Source: an uncultured virus (IMG/VR IMGVR_UViG_3300030060_003999)
Taxonomy: Duplodnaviria > Heunggongvirae > Uroviricota > Caudoviricetes
Length of the DNA: 64,000 nucleotides
IMG/VR virus record: IMGVR_UViG_3300030060_003999
Span: 1-64,000 of that record
Direction: 5' to 3' (one strand)
The notes under the pieces were generated by a model. It was not told the origin of the DNA, did not search any database, and saw only the letters and a list, made by a program, of their open reading frames with translations. The translations under genes and the position numbers were made by a program. Positions 38,835 through 47,743 of the stretch are shown here, piece after piece. Numbering within the stretch: position 1 is the first letter of the stretch; each line of letters begins with the position of its first letter.

Positions 38835-39068
38835 TCATTGATTACCGCCATCTTCAATATCATACCTTGCATTACTTGAACGACGCATTTCTTCTAATAT
38901 TCCCAGTAAATACTGTTTTCTATTTGCTGGCTTCATAAATCCTGCTTTAAGATAATAAATAACCATTTTCTTATTAATACTAGCAAGGTTAGTAAATCTG
39001 ACATATTTTGTCCTATCTTGTGGTAATTCATCTGACAAAATACCGTTCTTGAGTTGTCTCCAACTCAT
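38835..39068 (-). CDS. hypothetical protein
   Basis: Likely start MSWRQLK at 39068 after a GGTGA RBS. Confidence 0.55.
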   Translation of the reverse strand: MSWRQLKNGILSDELPQDRTKYVRFTNLASINKKMVIYYLKAGFMKPANRKQYLLGILEEMRRSSNARYDIEDGGNQ

Positions 39069-39079
39069 ACTTTTAATAA

Positions 39080-39244
39080 TCACCATGCTTGCCCCCATTC
39101 AACAGCCCTTTCTATCTTACAAGTTAAACATTTATCATTTATTCTTGGTGATTTTCTACATTTTCTACAAACTGTTTTATATCTAACAGAATCAGGAAGA
39201 TTAGTTCTTACTTTGTGTTTAAACTTATCATATCGGTTTCCCAT
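39080..39244 (-). CDS. small zinc-finger protein (54 aa, not in ORF track)
   Basis: MGNRYDKFK...VCRKCRK...KCLTCK...; fills the gap between neighbouring genes exactly. Confidence 0.6.
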   Translation of the reverse strand: MGNRYDKFKHKVRTNLPDSVRYKTVCRKCRKSPRINDKCLTCKIERAVEWGQAW

Positions 39245-40606
39245 TCAAACCACCGTTCCAATAGTTTCTAAAGAATCCATTACAGACATTTTACAATTGT
39301 CTTTATATTTTTGAATGTTATCAAGAAAAATGCCTTCTTTCAGCCAATCAAAACCTACATGGTCTTTATGGTTTTCCCACTTCATTAGTTTAAATATTTC
39401 ATCGCAACGGTCTTTATACCAATCGGCTTTCTTGTAAGACTTCTTCATACGAATTAATTCTAGCAATAGTTTAGCATTACCTTTCTTCAATCTAAAATGA
39501 GGCAAGCATTTAGTTAATAGAGAAGTAACATCTGCCTGAGAATAAAAGTTTAATCGGTTAATTAAACGAGTATCTTGTGGAGATTTTTGGTCTAAGTGCA
39601 TACGGCCAAATCCTATTGACTTGTGCATTTCTTCCATAAATGCTCGGCCTCTTTGCCCTGTTGCGACTAATCCTACTCTTGGATTCATATTTCTATCTAA
39701 AGTAATATATCCATCGGAGTCAATAAATGCAGCAGTATAAGCCCAAATGTTTTTCTTTAACATAGATGGTGCTTTATAGAAACTTCCTTTGTATGAAATA
39801 ATATCTAATTTCTTTATTGTCTGTGAAATAGAATTAGGAGATGAAATTTTAAACAAAGGAGTAGGCATCTTTTCATGAATCATTTTAGCACTAATTCCTG
39901 GATTTTCACAAACAGATTTTAAAATAAAATCCTGTTGTCTTTCTTTCTTGGTTTTAGTTATTGATTGATTAGAAACTTTAGACAAAGCATCCCTAAATGA
40001 TTTTTTAGCATTTCTCATTTCTTTGTGCAAATCACTATAATCTTTACTATAAGCCATATCTCTTTGATTTAGTTCTGCTTCCCAGTATTTACAAAGAGAA
40101 TCAACTACTTCTCTTCTTTCATCAATACTTTTCATAGTATATAGTTTATGCAAATCTTTTTCATTGTATCTCATTTTTTTAAGAGGAATAGTATAATCAC
40201 TTAACCATGTAATAGAATCAATGCACTTACCTAAATGGTCAGTATAAGCATCAATCATAGTATCAATGGCCTTAGTCATTTTATCTCTTTGACTGCCTTT
40301 TAGTTTACGACGAGCATTTCTCATTCCTTTAACTAAATCAGGAATACTTTTATCTTGTATAACATATTTATCAGGAAAAACATTTAATTCCTTTCTTGCC
40401 TGTGTAGCATTTAATCCATAAACTTCAGATATTTTACTTATTTCTTCATGCTCAGATAATACTGGACTTTCTGCAAAAATAAACTTTAATTCTATTCCAA
40501 GTTCTCTTTGCACACTATCCTTCATTTCACTTTCTTCTTCATCTAATTCGGCTAATCTTTCCATTTGTTGAGCCGCTTGACGGTATTTATCTGCTTGTTC
40601 TGTCAT
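39245..40606 (-). CDS. protein with a helical N-terminus, wHTH-like region and C-terminal LAGLIDADG domain
   Basis: WAYTAAFIDSDGYI and LLTKCLPHFRLKK; ILKSVCENPGISAKMI resembles a wHTH. Confidence 0.8.
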   Translation of the reverse strand: MTEQADKYRQAAQQMERLAELDEEESEMKDSVQRELGIELKFIFAESPVLSEHEEISKISEVYGLNATQARKELNVFPDKYVIQDKSIPDLVKGMRNARRKLKGSQRDKMTKAIDTMIDAYTDHLGKCIDSITWLSDYTIPLKKMRYNEKDLHKLYTMKSIDERREVVDSLCKYWEAELNQRDMAYSKDYSDLHKEMRNAKKSFRDALSKVSNQSITKTKKERQQDFILKSVCENPGISAKMIHEKMPTPLFKISSPNSISQTIKKLDIISYKGSFYKAPSMLKKNIWAYTAAFIDSDGYITLDRNMNPRVGLVATGQRGRAFMEEMHKSIGFGRMHLDQKSPQDTRLINRLNFYSQADVTSLLTKCLPHFRLKKGNAKLLLELIRMKKSYKKADWYKDRCDEIFKLMKWENHKDHVGFDWLKEGIFLDNIQKYKDNCKMSVMDSLETIGTVV

Positions 40607-40615
40607 ATAAACACC

Positions 40616-42049
40616 TCAAAAATTAAGACCTATGGCACTATTTACTGACCGTTTTACGGCTTTTGAATCATCGTCAAACAAACCCAAATCATCAAGCAGT
40701 ATGAATGTTTCCGACGCTTGATAAGTGGCAGCATTCGCTAAAGCAAGACTCATTACCATATCGTCGTGCGCCCCAATACCTTCAAACTTTCCTCTATCAG
40801 TAATTGCGAACATTGACAGTTCTTCAACCAATACTGCGGTTGTTCTTCGGCTTTCTTCATTACCATAAGGAAAGTTCATTTTTCCGTTTTCAAGAGTCAT
40901 TTGTAAGTTAAGAATAATCTCTTGTTTTTTCCTACGAGTAGTATTAAAATCATGGACATTTACATCAGCAACTTGACGAAGTTCTTGAGTAAATGATTTA
41001 GCAAATGTATTTGTTTCAAACAAGATAACTTCTGGTCTAAACACTTGATTTAACAGTTTTACTTTTTGAATGTTTTCACGGAACTGAACATTTTTAGACC
41101 TATCAATATAAACAACTGATTTATTTTCATCTTCATCCATTTCAATTACAGTTATTACATTGTAATCTCCATCAGTAGAAATAGCAGGGTCTACCCCAAC
41201 GAAATACTTGCGATTTTCTTTTCTCATTGGTTTTAAAACTAAATCTTTATTCTTAGCATTATCCAAATGTTCGGGACTAAAGAGAGAAGTTCCCGTTGAA
41301 ATCGGAACACACATATATTCTCTTGTAAACATCAATGAACCTACTTCGGCCTTTCTTGCCATTAATGCTTCATAATTCCACCTATCAGGCCATAAGGGTT
41401 CGTTGAGGGCATTGAGGCATGGATAAGTATTCACCGTATATGCTGGATTTTCTGCTAATTGCTGATAAATGTCAGTATAACTAAACGGAGTTCCTATTAC
41501 CCTCAACGAAGCCGTATGGTGAAGTGTTGGTATCATGTCGCCATAAAACCAATCAGTTACTTTTTGAATACCCGTCATACTAAATTCTTTTAACGGGTCG
41601 TCAATAACAATCTCTTGAGGGTGTAATCCACGAATCTGTGAACCAACCGACCTTTCAAGGATTTGATTGCCATTAGTCAATGTAATGTTTCCAATAGCCC
41701 AACCCCTTGCAGGTTTGTATTTTTTCAACATTGGGTGCTGAAACATCTTATCTATATCTCTCATGTGAACCAAAGTCTGTTTTTGGTTAGAAGAAATATA
41801 AAGCATTTGATATGGAGGTTCTTCAAAGATTAATTTCCAAACAACCCAACTGTGCATAAATACAGATTTTCCGTGGTCACGACTACAAATAATTACAGTT
41901 CTTTGAGTAGAGTGCATTAATTCGTGCCATTCCTGTATGTATGCAGGAAAATCAAAACCTAATACATTTTGAAAGAAATATGGAAAAGAGTTCCTAGATA
42001 ACTCCATATCCATTTGATGTTCAAAATTGAACTCTTCTAATTCATTCAT
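40616..42049 (-). CDS. terL: terminase large subunit
   Basis: Walker A SRDHGKS, Walker B IVIDD, coupling motif VIGTP, nuclease motifs GVDPA and HDDMVMSLALA. Confidence 0.95.
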   Translation of the reverse strand: MNELEEFNFEHQMDMELSRNSFPYFFQNVLGFDFPAYIQEWHELMHSTQRTVIICSRDHGKSVFMHSWVVWKLIFEEPPYQMLYISSNQKQTLVHMRDIDKMFQHPMLKKYKPARGWAIGNITLTNGNQILERSVGSQIRGLHPQEIVIDDPLKEFSMTGIQKVTDWFYGDMIPTLHHTASLRVIGTPFSYTDIYQQLAENPAYTVNTYPCLNALNEPLWPDRWNYEALMARKAEVGSLMFTREYMCVPISTGTSLFSPEHLDNAKNKDLVLKPMRKENRKYFVGVDPAISTDGDYNVITVIEMDEDENKSVVYIDRSKNVQFRENIQKVKLLNQVFRPEVILFETNTFAKSFTQELRQVADVNVHDFNTTRRKKQEIILNLQMTLENGKMNFPYGNEESRRTTAVLVEELSMFAITDRGKFEGIGAHDDMVMSLALANAATYQASETFILLDDLGLFDDDSKAVKRSVNSAIGLNF

Positions 42050-43305
42050 CTTCTACCACCCATATTAAACGGATTTGTTGGTTCATCAGGTCTGCGTCTT
42101 GAACCCTTTGCTCTATGATTACGCTTAAGACCAGTATATAAAATATCTAATCTTTCATTTGGAGGATAAGGATGGCCGTCATTAATATGGGTTATTGCTA
42201 TTGCTTTAGTATAAGGATTACCTTTGCCATCTAATAAAGAACTAACAGTTATTTTTGTTCTAGGTAATCTTTGAGAAGCATTCAATACTTCTATCATCAA
42301 ATAACTTTTATCACTAGGACTATCATTAATATAACACCAATACTTTCCTGCGGATAGATTTAACAAAGTTTGTTCTATGTTTGAATTAATTGGCTGGTGT
42401 CTTAAATTACGGTATCTAGTTTTTTTAGAATGGTTAAAGTGAGGCATAAAAATAATACCTGTTTTATCAAATTGCTTTGTTTCTGCATAACCTTCTGATG
42501 CTTTGTCTTTTGGTCTTGGGTCTTGCCCATATTCATGACTAGGATAAAACTTTCTTAATTGGCCTTTCCAACCGCCTTTTACTTGCTTTCTTCTTCTTTT
42601 AGTATATTGACTTACATCTTTACCTGCTTCTAAATCAGCAATCATATGTCTAGCCTGTGAGCGTGATAATCCAATAGTATTAAGGCGTTTACTATCTTGT
42701 AATCTAATTACATTATAACCTGCTGAACCTAATTGCATTTTGTATTTGTCTGATTTAATTAAACTAAACCATTGTGGAGTAGGGTCGTCAAGATAAACAC
42801 ACTTAGCCATCTGTCCTTCATCACGAATAGAACGAATAGCCATTCTTTCAGGATATTTAGCCAACCAAGCATTCAATACGCTTTCGGGAAGTAATGTTTT
42901 CATTTGTTCAAATTCAGGGTCATCTGGGAATCTCCATAAATTATCTTTAGCATTAGCAATCCAACGGGCATTATCTCCATCTCTATGCCCAAATGCAGCA
43001 ACTAATGGTTTTGATTGATTTAACTGCGGTTCTCTTGCATCTTGTAATGCTTTACTATTACCGCCAATATCTCTTCCTTCAGCAGTAGCATACATTCCAC
43101 CAACAACAGTATGTGATGGGTGTTCCTTGAAACCAACTGTTGAAATGGCTTTATCGTTATCATCAACCCTAATAAGCCAACTGTCTAATTCATAGATACC
43201 ACTTTCTAAATCAGCCCTGCGAGTATATGGGTCGTCAGGATTATCCTGAGCAAACCTTCTTTTCATATCTTCATATGAAAATATCGCAGGTAAAACTTTA
43301 GTCAT
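42046..43305 (-). CDS. multidomain hypothetical protein with a possible N-terminal GNAT-like domain
   Basis: AISTVGF..VVGGMYATAEGRDIGG..AL pattern; internal QWFSLIKS. Confidence 0.5.
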   Translation of the reverse strand: MTKVLPAIFSYEDMKRRFAQDNPDDPYTRRADLESGIYELDSWLIRVDDNDKAISTVGFKEHPSHTVVGGMYATAEGRDIGGNSKALQDAREPQLNQSKPLVAAFGHRDGDNARWIANAKDNLWRFPDDPEFEQMKTLLPESVLNAWLAKYPERMAIRSIRDEGQMAKCVYLDDPTPQWFSLIKSDKYKMQLGSAGYNVIRLQDSKRLNTIGLSRSQARHMIADLEAGKDVSQYTKRRRKQVKGGWKGQLRKFYPSHEYGQDPRPKDKASEGYAETKQFDKTGIIFMPHFNHSKKTRYRNLRHQPINSNIEQTLLNLSAGKYWCYINDSPSDKSYLMIEVLNASQRLPRTKITVSSLLDGKGNPYTKAIAITHINDGHPYPPNERLDILYTGLKRNHRAKGSRRRPDEPTNPFNMGGRR

Positions 43306-44063
43306 TATCTCTTCCCCTGAAACATCTTATCTTTATTTTTAGGTTCAATTAATTTAATATCCGAATGAATAGAAGCACCACGAACATTACACCTAATTAA
43401 AGTAACTCCTTGTGCTTTGGCTAATTTAGTTAAATCAACGCCTCTAAAATCACAATCCTCAAAAGTTACTCTAGTCATTTTAGCCCCTGTAAAATTAGCC
43501 CGACTAAAGTTGCATAACTTAATTACTCCTGAAGGGTCTTCCTTTCTATAAAAACCAAATTGAGCCTTTTTAAAACTAGAACCCTTAAAAGAAATTCTTT
43601 TTAATCTAATAGGAGTTCTTCTTTTTCCTTCCTTCATTGTGAATTTTCCACTCGCACTAGGCTTTGGAGAAGGTTTATCATAATCTAATTCATATTCTCC
43701 TTTTTTTCTTTGTCCTGCTTGAGCAACTCCTTCAAACTTAGATTTACCAGTTCTACCATATTTATTGCTTTCTTTGGCTTCTTTAGGAGTAACTCTTTGT
43801 TCAACTAAGCGACCTCTTTCATCTTTTTTTGGAGAATATTGCATTTCAGTATATTTGGTTTCCTTTAAACGACTCATATCTTTTCCGTTAAATATTTCTC
43901 CGTCAAAGTTTTTATTATCCATCATTATATATTGTCCAGCAGGTAGTGTTCCGCTAAACCTTTCTTTTCTATTATGCAGTCCTTCAACATGGCCTTCATC
44001 AGATACTTTACGCTTAGTGGCTTCCACTCTATCCCACTTTCTTTTTAGAATATCTTGCCACAT
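43305..44063 (-). CDS. W-motif protein with C-terminal pentapeptide repeats
   Basis: MWQDILK; SSFKK AQF, CNFSR ANFTG AKMTR VTFED CDFRG VDLT. Confidence 0.75.
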   Translation of the reverse strand: MWQDILKRKWDRVEATKRKVSDEGHVEGLHNRKERFSGTLPAGQYIMMDNKNFDGEIFNGKDMSRLKETKYTEMQYSPKKDERGRLVEQRVTPKEAKESNKYGRTGKSKFEGVAQAGQRKKGEYELDYDKPSPKPSASGKFTMKEGKRRTPIRLKRISFKGSSFKKAQFGFYRKEDPSGVIKLCNFSRANFTGAKMTRVTFEDCDFRGVDLTKLAKAQGVTLIRCNVRGASIHSDIKLIEPKNKDKMFQGKR

Positions 44064-44077
44064 TTAATCGCCTTTGT

Positions 44078-44359
44078 TTAACAATTCCATCTTCTTCGTG
44101 CTGCTTTGGCTTTTTCGCTATATGTTCCATCATCTCGCTTAAAACCTCTTGACCTTGCACAAAAAGATTTACGCCTCTTTGCTGCTTTACCGCCAGGTTT
44201 TAATTTACTTGGTTTTTTAGTGACTGGACGCTTTAAATTAGCACCAGTTTCTCTTTTAAACTTAGCACGACCTTTTGCGCTTAATCCACCAGTCTTTGCG
44301 TGAATCTTTTTATTATAGCCCTTGAAAGGCTTTTTCTTAAGAATACTTTGCCATTCCAT
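44078..44359 (-). CDS. small basic W-motif protein
   Basis: MEWQSILKK; GGLSAKGR...RRKSFCARS...RRRWNC domain common in marine phages. Confidence 0.7.
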   Translation of the reverse strand: MEWQSILKKKPFKGYNKKIHAKTGGLSAKGRAKFKRETGANLKRPVTKKPSKLKPGGKAAKRRKSFCARSRGFKRDDGTYSEKAKAARRRWNC

Positions 44360-44363
44360 AATA

Positions 44364-44801
44364 TCACTTAATCGCTGTTGTTTCCTTACTTAGATGTTTT
44401 AGATGTTTTTTATCTAACTCATAGAAATGTAATAGTTTTTTACTGACTCCTTCTTTATGTTCTTTTCCAGACATTAAAGTTCCATCAGGGTGTTTATGTG
44501 TTTCACCAGTCCATTGAACAGGCTTTCCATTTTCAATATAAAAATGTCTTTCTCCTTTTCCTTTGCGGAAACGCATATACTCATCATGACTTACGGTTTG
44601 TCTTTGACCCATTTTACCTGCTTTTCTTCTAATTCTTCTTTCTGCTTCTTTACGGTCTACATTTCCAAAGCGCATTTCTTCTTGAACTAGTTTTTCTTCT
44701 TCAGGAGTTAAAGGTGGTGGTGCTTTCTTAACTTCACCATATGTTTTACAAGGGTCTTTTCCACACCCGCAATTCTTTTTGATTATTTGTTCCCATTTCA
44801 T
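44364..44801 (-). CDS. W-motif protein
   Basis: MKWEQIIKK, CGCGKDPCKTYG and HKHPDGTLMSGKEH modules. Confidence 0.7.
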   Translation of the reverse strand: MKWEQIIKKNCGCGKDPCKTYGEVKKAPPPLTPEEEKLVQEEMRFGNVDRKEAERRIRRKAGKMGQRQTVSHDEYMRFRKGKGERHFYIENGKPVQWTGETHKHPDGTLMSGKEHKEGVSKKLLHFYELDKKHLKHLSKETTAIK

Positions 44802-45052
44802 TTTCCTTTCCTCCTTTTATATGTTTTACAAGCAGAACAAGTCGGCCTACATCTTCTTTTAGTTCCTTTTGATGCATCTTTTCTTCCACAAGGTTTTGGC
44901 CCACCTTTATCATCACAAGTTCCGCAAGCAATCCAACCGCCCTGTGTTTTACCACCAGATTCTTTTCCGCCTCTCCTTGAAAACCAACCGTGTAATCCTG
45001 ATTGTTTCTCTCTTTTGAAATTATCTCCAGCCTTGAGGATTTCTTGCCACAT
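44798..45052 (-). CDS. Cys-rich basic W-motif protein
   Basis: Likely start MWQEILKA at 45052 after GGAGTGA. Confidence 0.7.
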   Translation of the reverse strand: MWQEILKAGDNFKREKQSGLHGWFSRRGGKESGGKTQGGWIACGTCDDKGGPKPCGRKDASKGTKRRCRPTCSACKTYKRRKGK

Positions 45053-45056
45053 TATA

Positions 45057-45230
45057 TCACTCCTTTCTTGAAACCTTTCCTCGTCGGCATTGAACCATAT
45101 ATCCTGATTTGTATGCACCACTTTTCATTCCATACTTTTTATCGGCTAACTTAGCGCAACGGTCTTTCTTTTCACCTTTGCTGTTATGAGTGGCAGTAGC
45201 CTTTGCTTTGAGCATTTCTTTCCAATTCAT
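45057..45230 (-). CDS. small basic W-motif protein
   Basis: MNWKEMLKA; DRC...SGAYKSGYMVQCRRGK. Confidence 0.65.
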   Translation of the reverse strand: MNWKEMLKAKATATHNSKGEKKDRCAKLADKKYGMKSGAYKSGYMVQCRRGKVSRKE

Positions 45231-45235
45231 AATAA

Positions 45236-47743
45236 TCACCTAAAGTGTGCTTTAATAGTATAAACTTGTTCTGTGCTAATGCCATATTCTTTAGATATGT
45301 TTTGATGAGAGTCAAGGGCTTTTACAATAGTTTCTACTTCATGATTACTTAAATCAAGATTATCTTCAACATACATCTTATTGATGATAGTATCATATCC
45401 TACTTCATTCATTGGGAAGAATCCATGTATAACAGGCAAACCTAATTGTTCACGAATTACATCGTGAGCCTTTAACATCTTGTGAATAAGAACAGGCAAA
45501 TCTCCTTGAACTTGTTCAAAGATATTCTTTAGTCTGTTATATTGTCTTTTTGCTTTAGGACTTTTCTGTGTAATTAATCCTTGATTCATGTCCAACCAAT
45601 GAGGTAATGCAAAGATTGGGTAGGTTCTTCTTGATTTATAACCAAATTCAAACTTTTCTGCCCTATCAGCAATAGAAACACCGTTGAATTTATTATTTTC
45701 TCTTGAAATATCTTCTGTTTCAACCATGAAGTAATGAATTAGTCCAGCAATATATTGATTATTTTCTTCTTTCTTTCCAAATATTCTGGTTAAAGACCTT
45801 GCTGCTCTTTCTCCCTCAGCAATTAAACGAGTGTCTATTTGTAGTGATTTTAAGAAAATCATTTCTAAAAAGTCTGCTATGTTTTCTAAATCACTTTCTT
45901 TAAACGATTTAGCAGAACCTTGCATTAATTTTTTATAAGAACCTGACATAACTGTTTCTAATCCTAAGTCAAGAGAAAGAGTTTGCATAACTTTTCCTCC
46001 AATGCTTCCCATAAAACTAGGGATTTGAATAGGTAGTCTTCCGCTATATGCAGGATTAAAGAAATATTCTAAAGAAGTTTCCATTAATTTTTCTAAAGCA
46101 CCTTTTACTTCATCACTTAGAAGTTCTTCCTTTAATTTAGATTCTACTGAATCAACCTTTCTATATTGTCTTTTTGAAGCAGCAGCAAGTCTATTTGTTC
46201 TTGGGTCAATGCCTCGCATTGTTTCCCTCATATCTGTTCCTCTTTGTCTTCCTTTTGAGGTTCTAATGTCAGAAGCATAAGCAATCATTCCCTTTGAAAG
46301 TAATTGGTATAAATCTTCAAAGAACTCCTCAATTTCTTTTAAATCATCAACTGATACAAATTCATAACCTTCTACTCCATCAAAGTATTTTTCTTTAGGA
46401 TATAAGTCATCAAAGTCAGCATTGTCCATTACAGATATAGGCAACCAAAAAGAAATGTCATTAGATAATGTAAGCGTATCAGCAGTTTGGTCTAACCAAT
46501 CTTCAATGTCAGTTTTAAAATCTAAAGAAGTAGTAAAGGAAGTAATTCTTTCACCATCTCTTTCTTCTGCTTCTTCAATTTCATCTATTGCATCACTCAA
46601 TAAATTAACCAAATCGGTTTCTCCTTCTTCGGTAATAGCAAGAAGTTTATCCCCTTTATTATTTTCATACATTAATAGAGGGTCAGCCTGTGCTTGTAGA
46701 ATAGAAACATCATTTAACCAATCTACCCCATCATCTTGAAGCATTCTTGGGTCATCCATTTCATCATTCCATGCTTTAGGAGTAGTATTATTCTGTGGGT
46801 CTTTAGAATCATAGCCTATATTTTGGTCAATGGCATCTTCAATACCTTGAGCCATTTCTTCCATTAATTGACCAGTAATATCTCCTGCACCAGTAGTATC
46901 GTCATCAAATCCTTTACCTCTAATTGTTTGAGCATCAAATAATCTTTCAGCAGATATTAAACCTGCAACAATGTTAAAGAAACGATGCCTTGCTTCTAAT
47001 ATTTCTCCTTTAGCAAGCGGAAAATTAGCAACATATTGTAATCTATTAAAATCATCCATGTCAAAGATTCTCTCAAAGTCTTCTTTTAGTTCTTGAGGAA
47101 AATCTTCATCTTTTTGGACTGCTGCTAAGAAATCTTCAGCATCCTTCTTTAATACAGGAAAAATTTCAGCAATTGATTGCCAATAGTCATAAATGTCTTT
47201 TCTGTTTTCACCTTTAGAAGCATCAATAGAACCTAAGAACTTATCAAAAGGAAAATTACTTTTAATTTCAACTTCTTTAACTTCTTTTTGGCTTTCATCA
47301 ATAATATCTTTGATTCGGTTAAGATTTCTTCCTAAATTACCAGAAGCACCCAACTCTTTACTAAATGCTCCACCATCAAAAATATTAGATTTAGGATTCC
47401 TTATTTCTAACTTACCAGTTAAATCATTTTGCACTAAGTTTGCTGCTGAAAGAAGATTACCATTATGGAAGATATTCATATCAATAATTTTAGCCAAGAT
47501 ATTGAGTTGTCCTGTGCCTTTACCAGTTGTTTGCCTTCTAGCCTTTAAAGCGTCTTGTAGTTTTATTTTGTAGGCTTTTCTTTTGTCTGAGATTTCTTCA
47601 CGGGCTTTGCTCTCATCAGCAGAACCCTGTGCTTCTCTTTTGAGTCTATCAACTTCTCTATCTAATATCTCTTTCATAGCATTAGCCTTAGCCTTTCCAG
47701 TAAGAGAGATTATATTGTCTAATTCGTTGTCAGTATATGTCAT
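45236..47743 (-). CDS. large acidic hypothetical protein (possible internal virion protein)
   Basis: 835-aa ORF in the late region. Confidence 0.65.
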   Translation of the reverse strand: MTYTDNELDNIISLTGKAKANAMKEILDREVDRLKREAQGSADESKAREEISDKRKAYKIKLQDALKARRQTTGKGTGQLNILAKIIDMNIFHNGNLLSAANLVQNDLTGKLEIRNPKSNIFDGGAFSKELGASGNLGRNLNRIKDIIDESQKEVKEVEIKSNFPFDKFLGSIDASKGENRKDIYDYWQSIAEIFPVLKKDAEDFLAAVQKDEDFPQELKEDFERIFDMDDFNRLQYVANFPLAKGEILEARHRFFNIVAGLISAERLFDAQTIRGKGFDDDTTGAGDITGQLMEEMAQGIEDAIDQNIGYDSKDPQNNTTPKAWNDEMDDPRMLQDDGVDWLNDVSILQAQADPLLMYENNKGDKLLAITEEGETDLVNLLSDAIDEIEEAEERDGERITSFTTSLDFKTDIEDWLDQTADTLTLSNDISFWLPISVMDNADFDDLYPKEKYFDGVEGYEFVSVDDLKEIEEFFEDLYQLLSKGMIAYASDIRTSKGRQRGTDMRETMRGIDPRTNRLAAASKRQYRKVDSVESKLKEELLSDEVKGALEKLMETSLEYFFNPAYSGRLPIQIPSFMGSIGGKVMQTLSLDLGLETVMSGSYKKLMQGSAKSFKESDLENIADFLEMIFLKSLQIDTRLIAEGERAARSLTRIFGKKEENNQYIAGLIHYFMVETEDISRENNKFNGVSIADRAEKFEFGYKSRRTYPIFALPHWLDMNQGLITQKSPKAKRQYNRLKNIFEQVQGDLPVLIHKMLKAHDVIREQLGLPVIHGFFPMNEVGYDTIINKMYVEDNLDLSNHEVETIVKALDSHQNISKEYGISTEQVYTIKAHFR

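Noticed and set aside
39054..39314. + strand 86-aa ORF
   Set aside because: The - strand zinc-finger ORF 39080-39244 fits the operon better.
39245..42049. Intein or group I intron associated with the LAGLIDADG domain
   Set aside because: terL and the portal gene are uninterrupted, and there are no intein splice residues or intron flanks.
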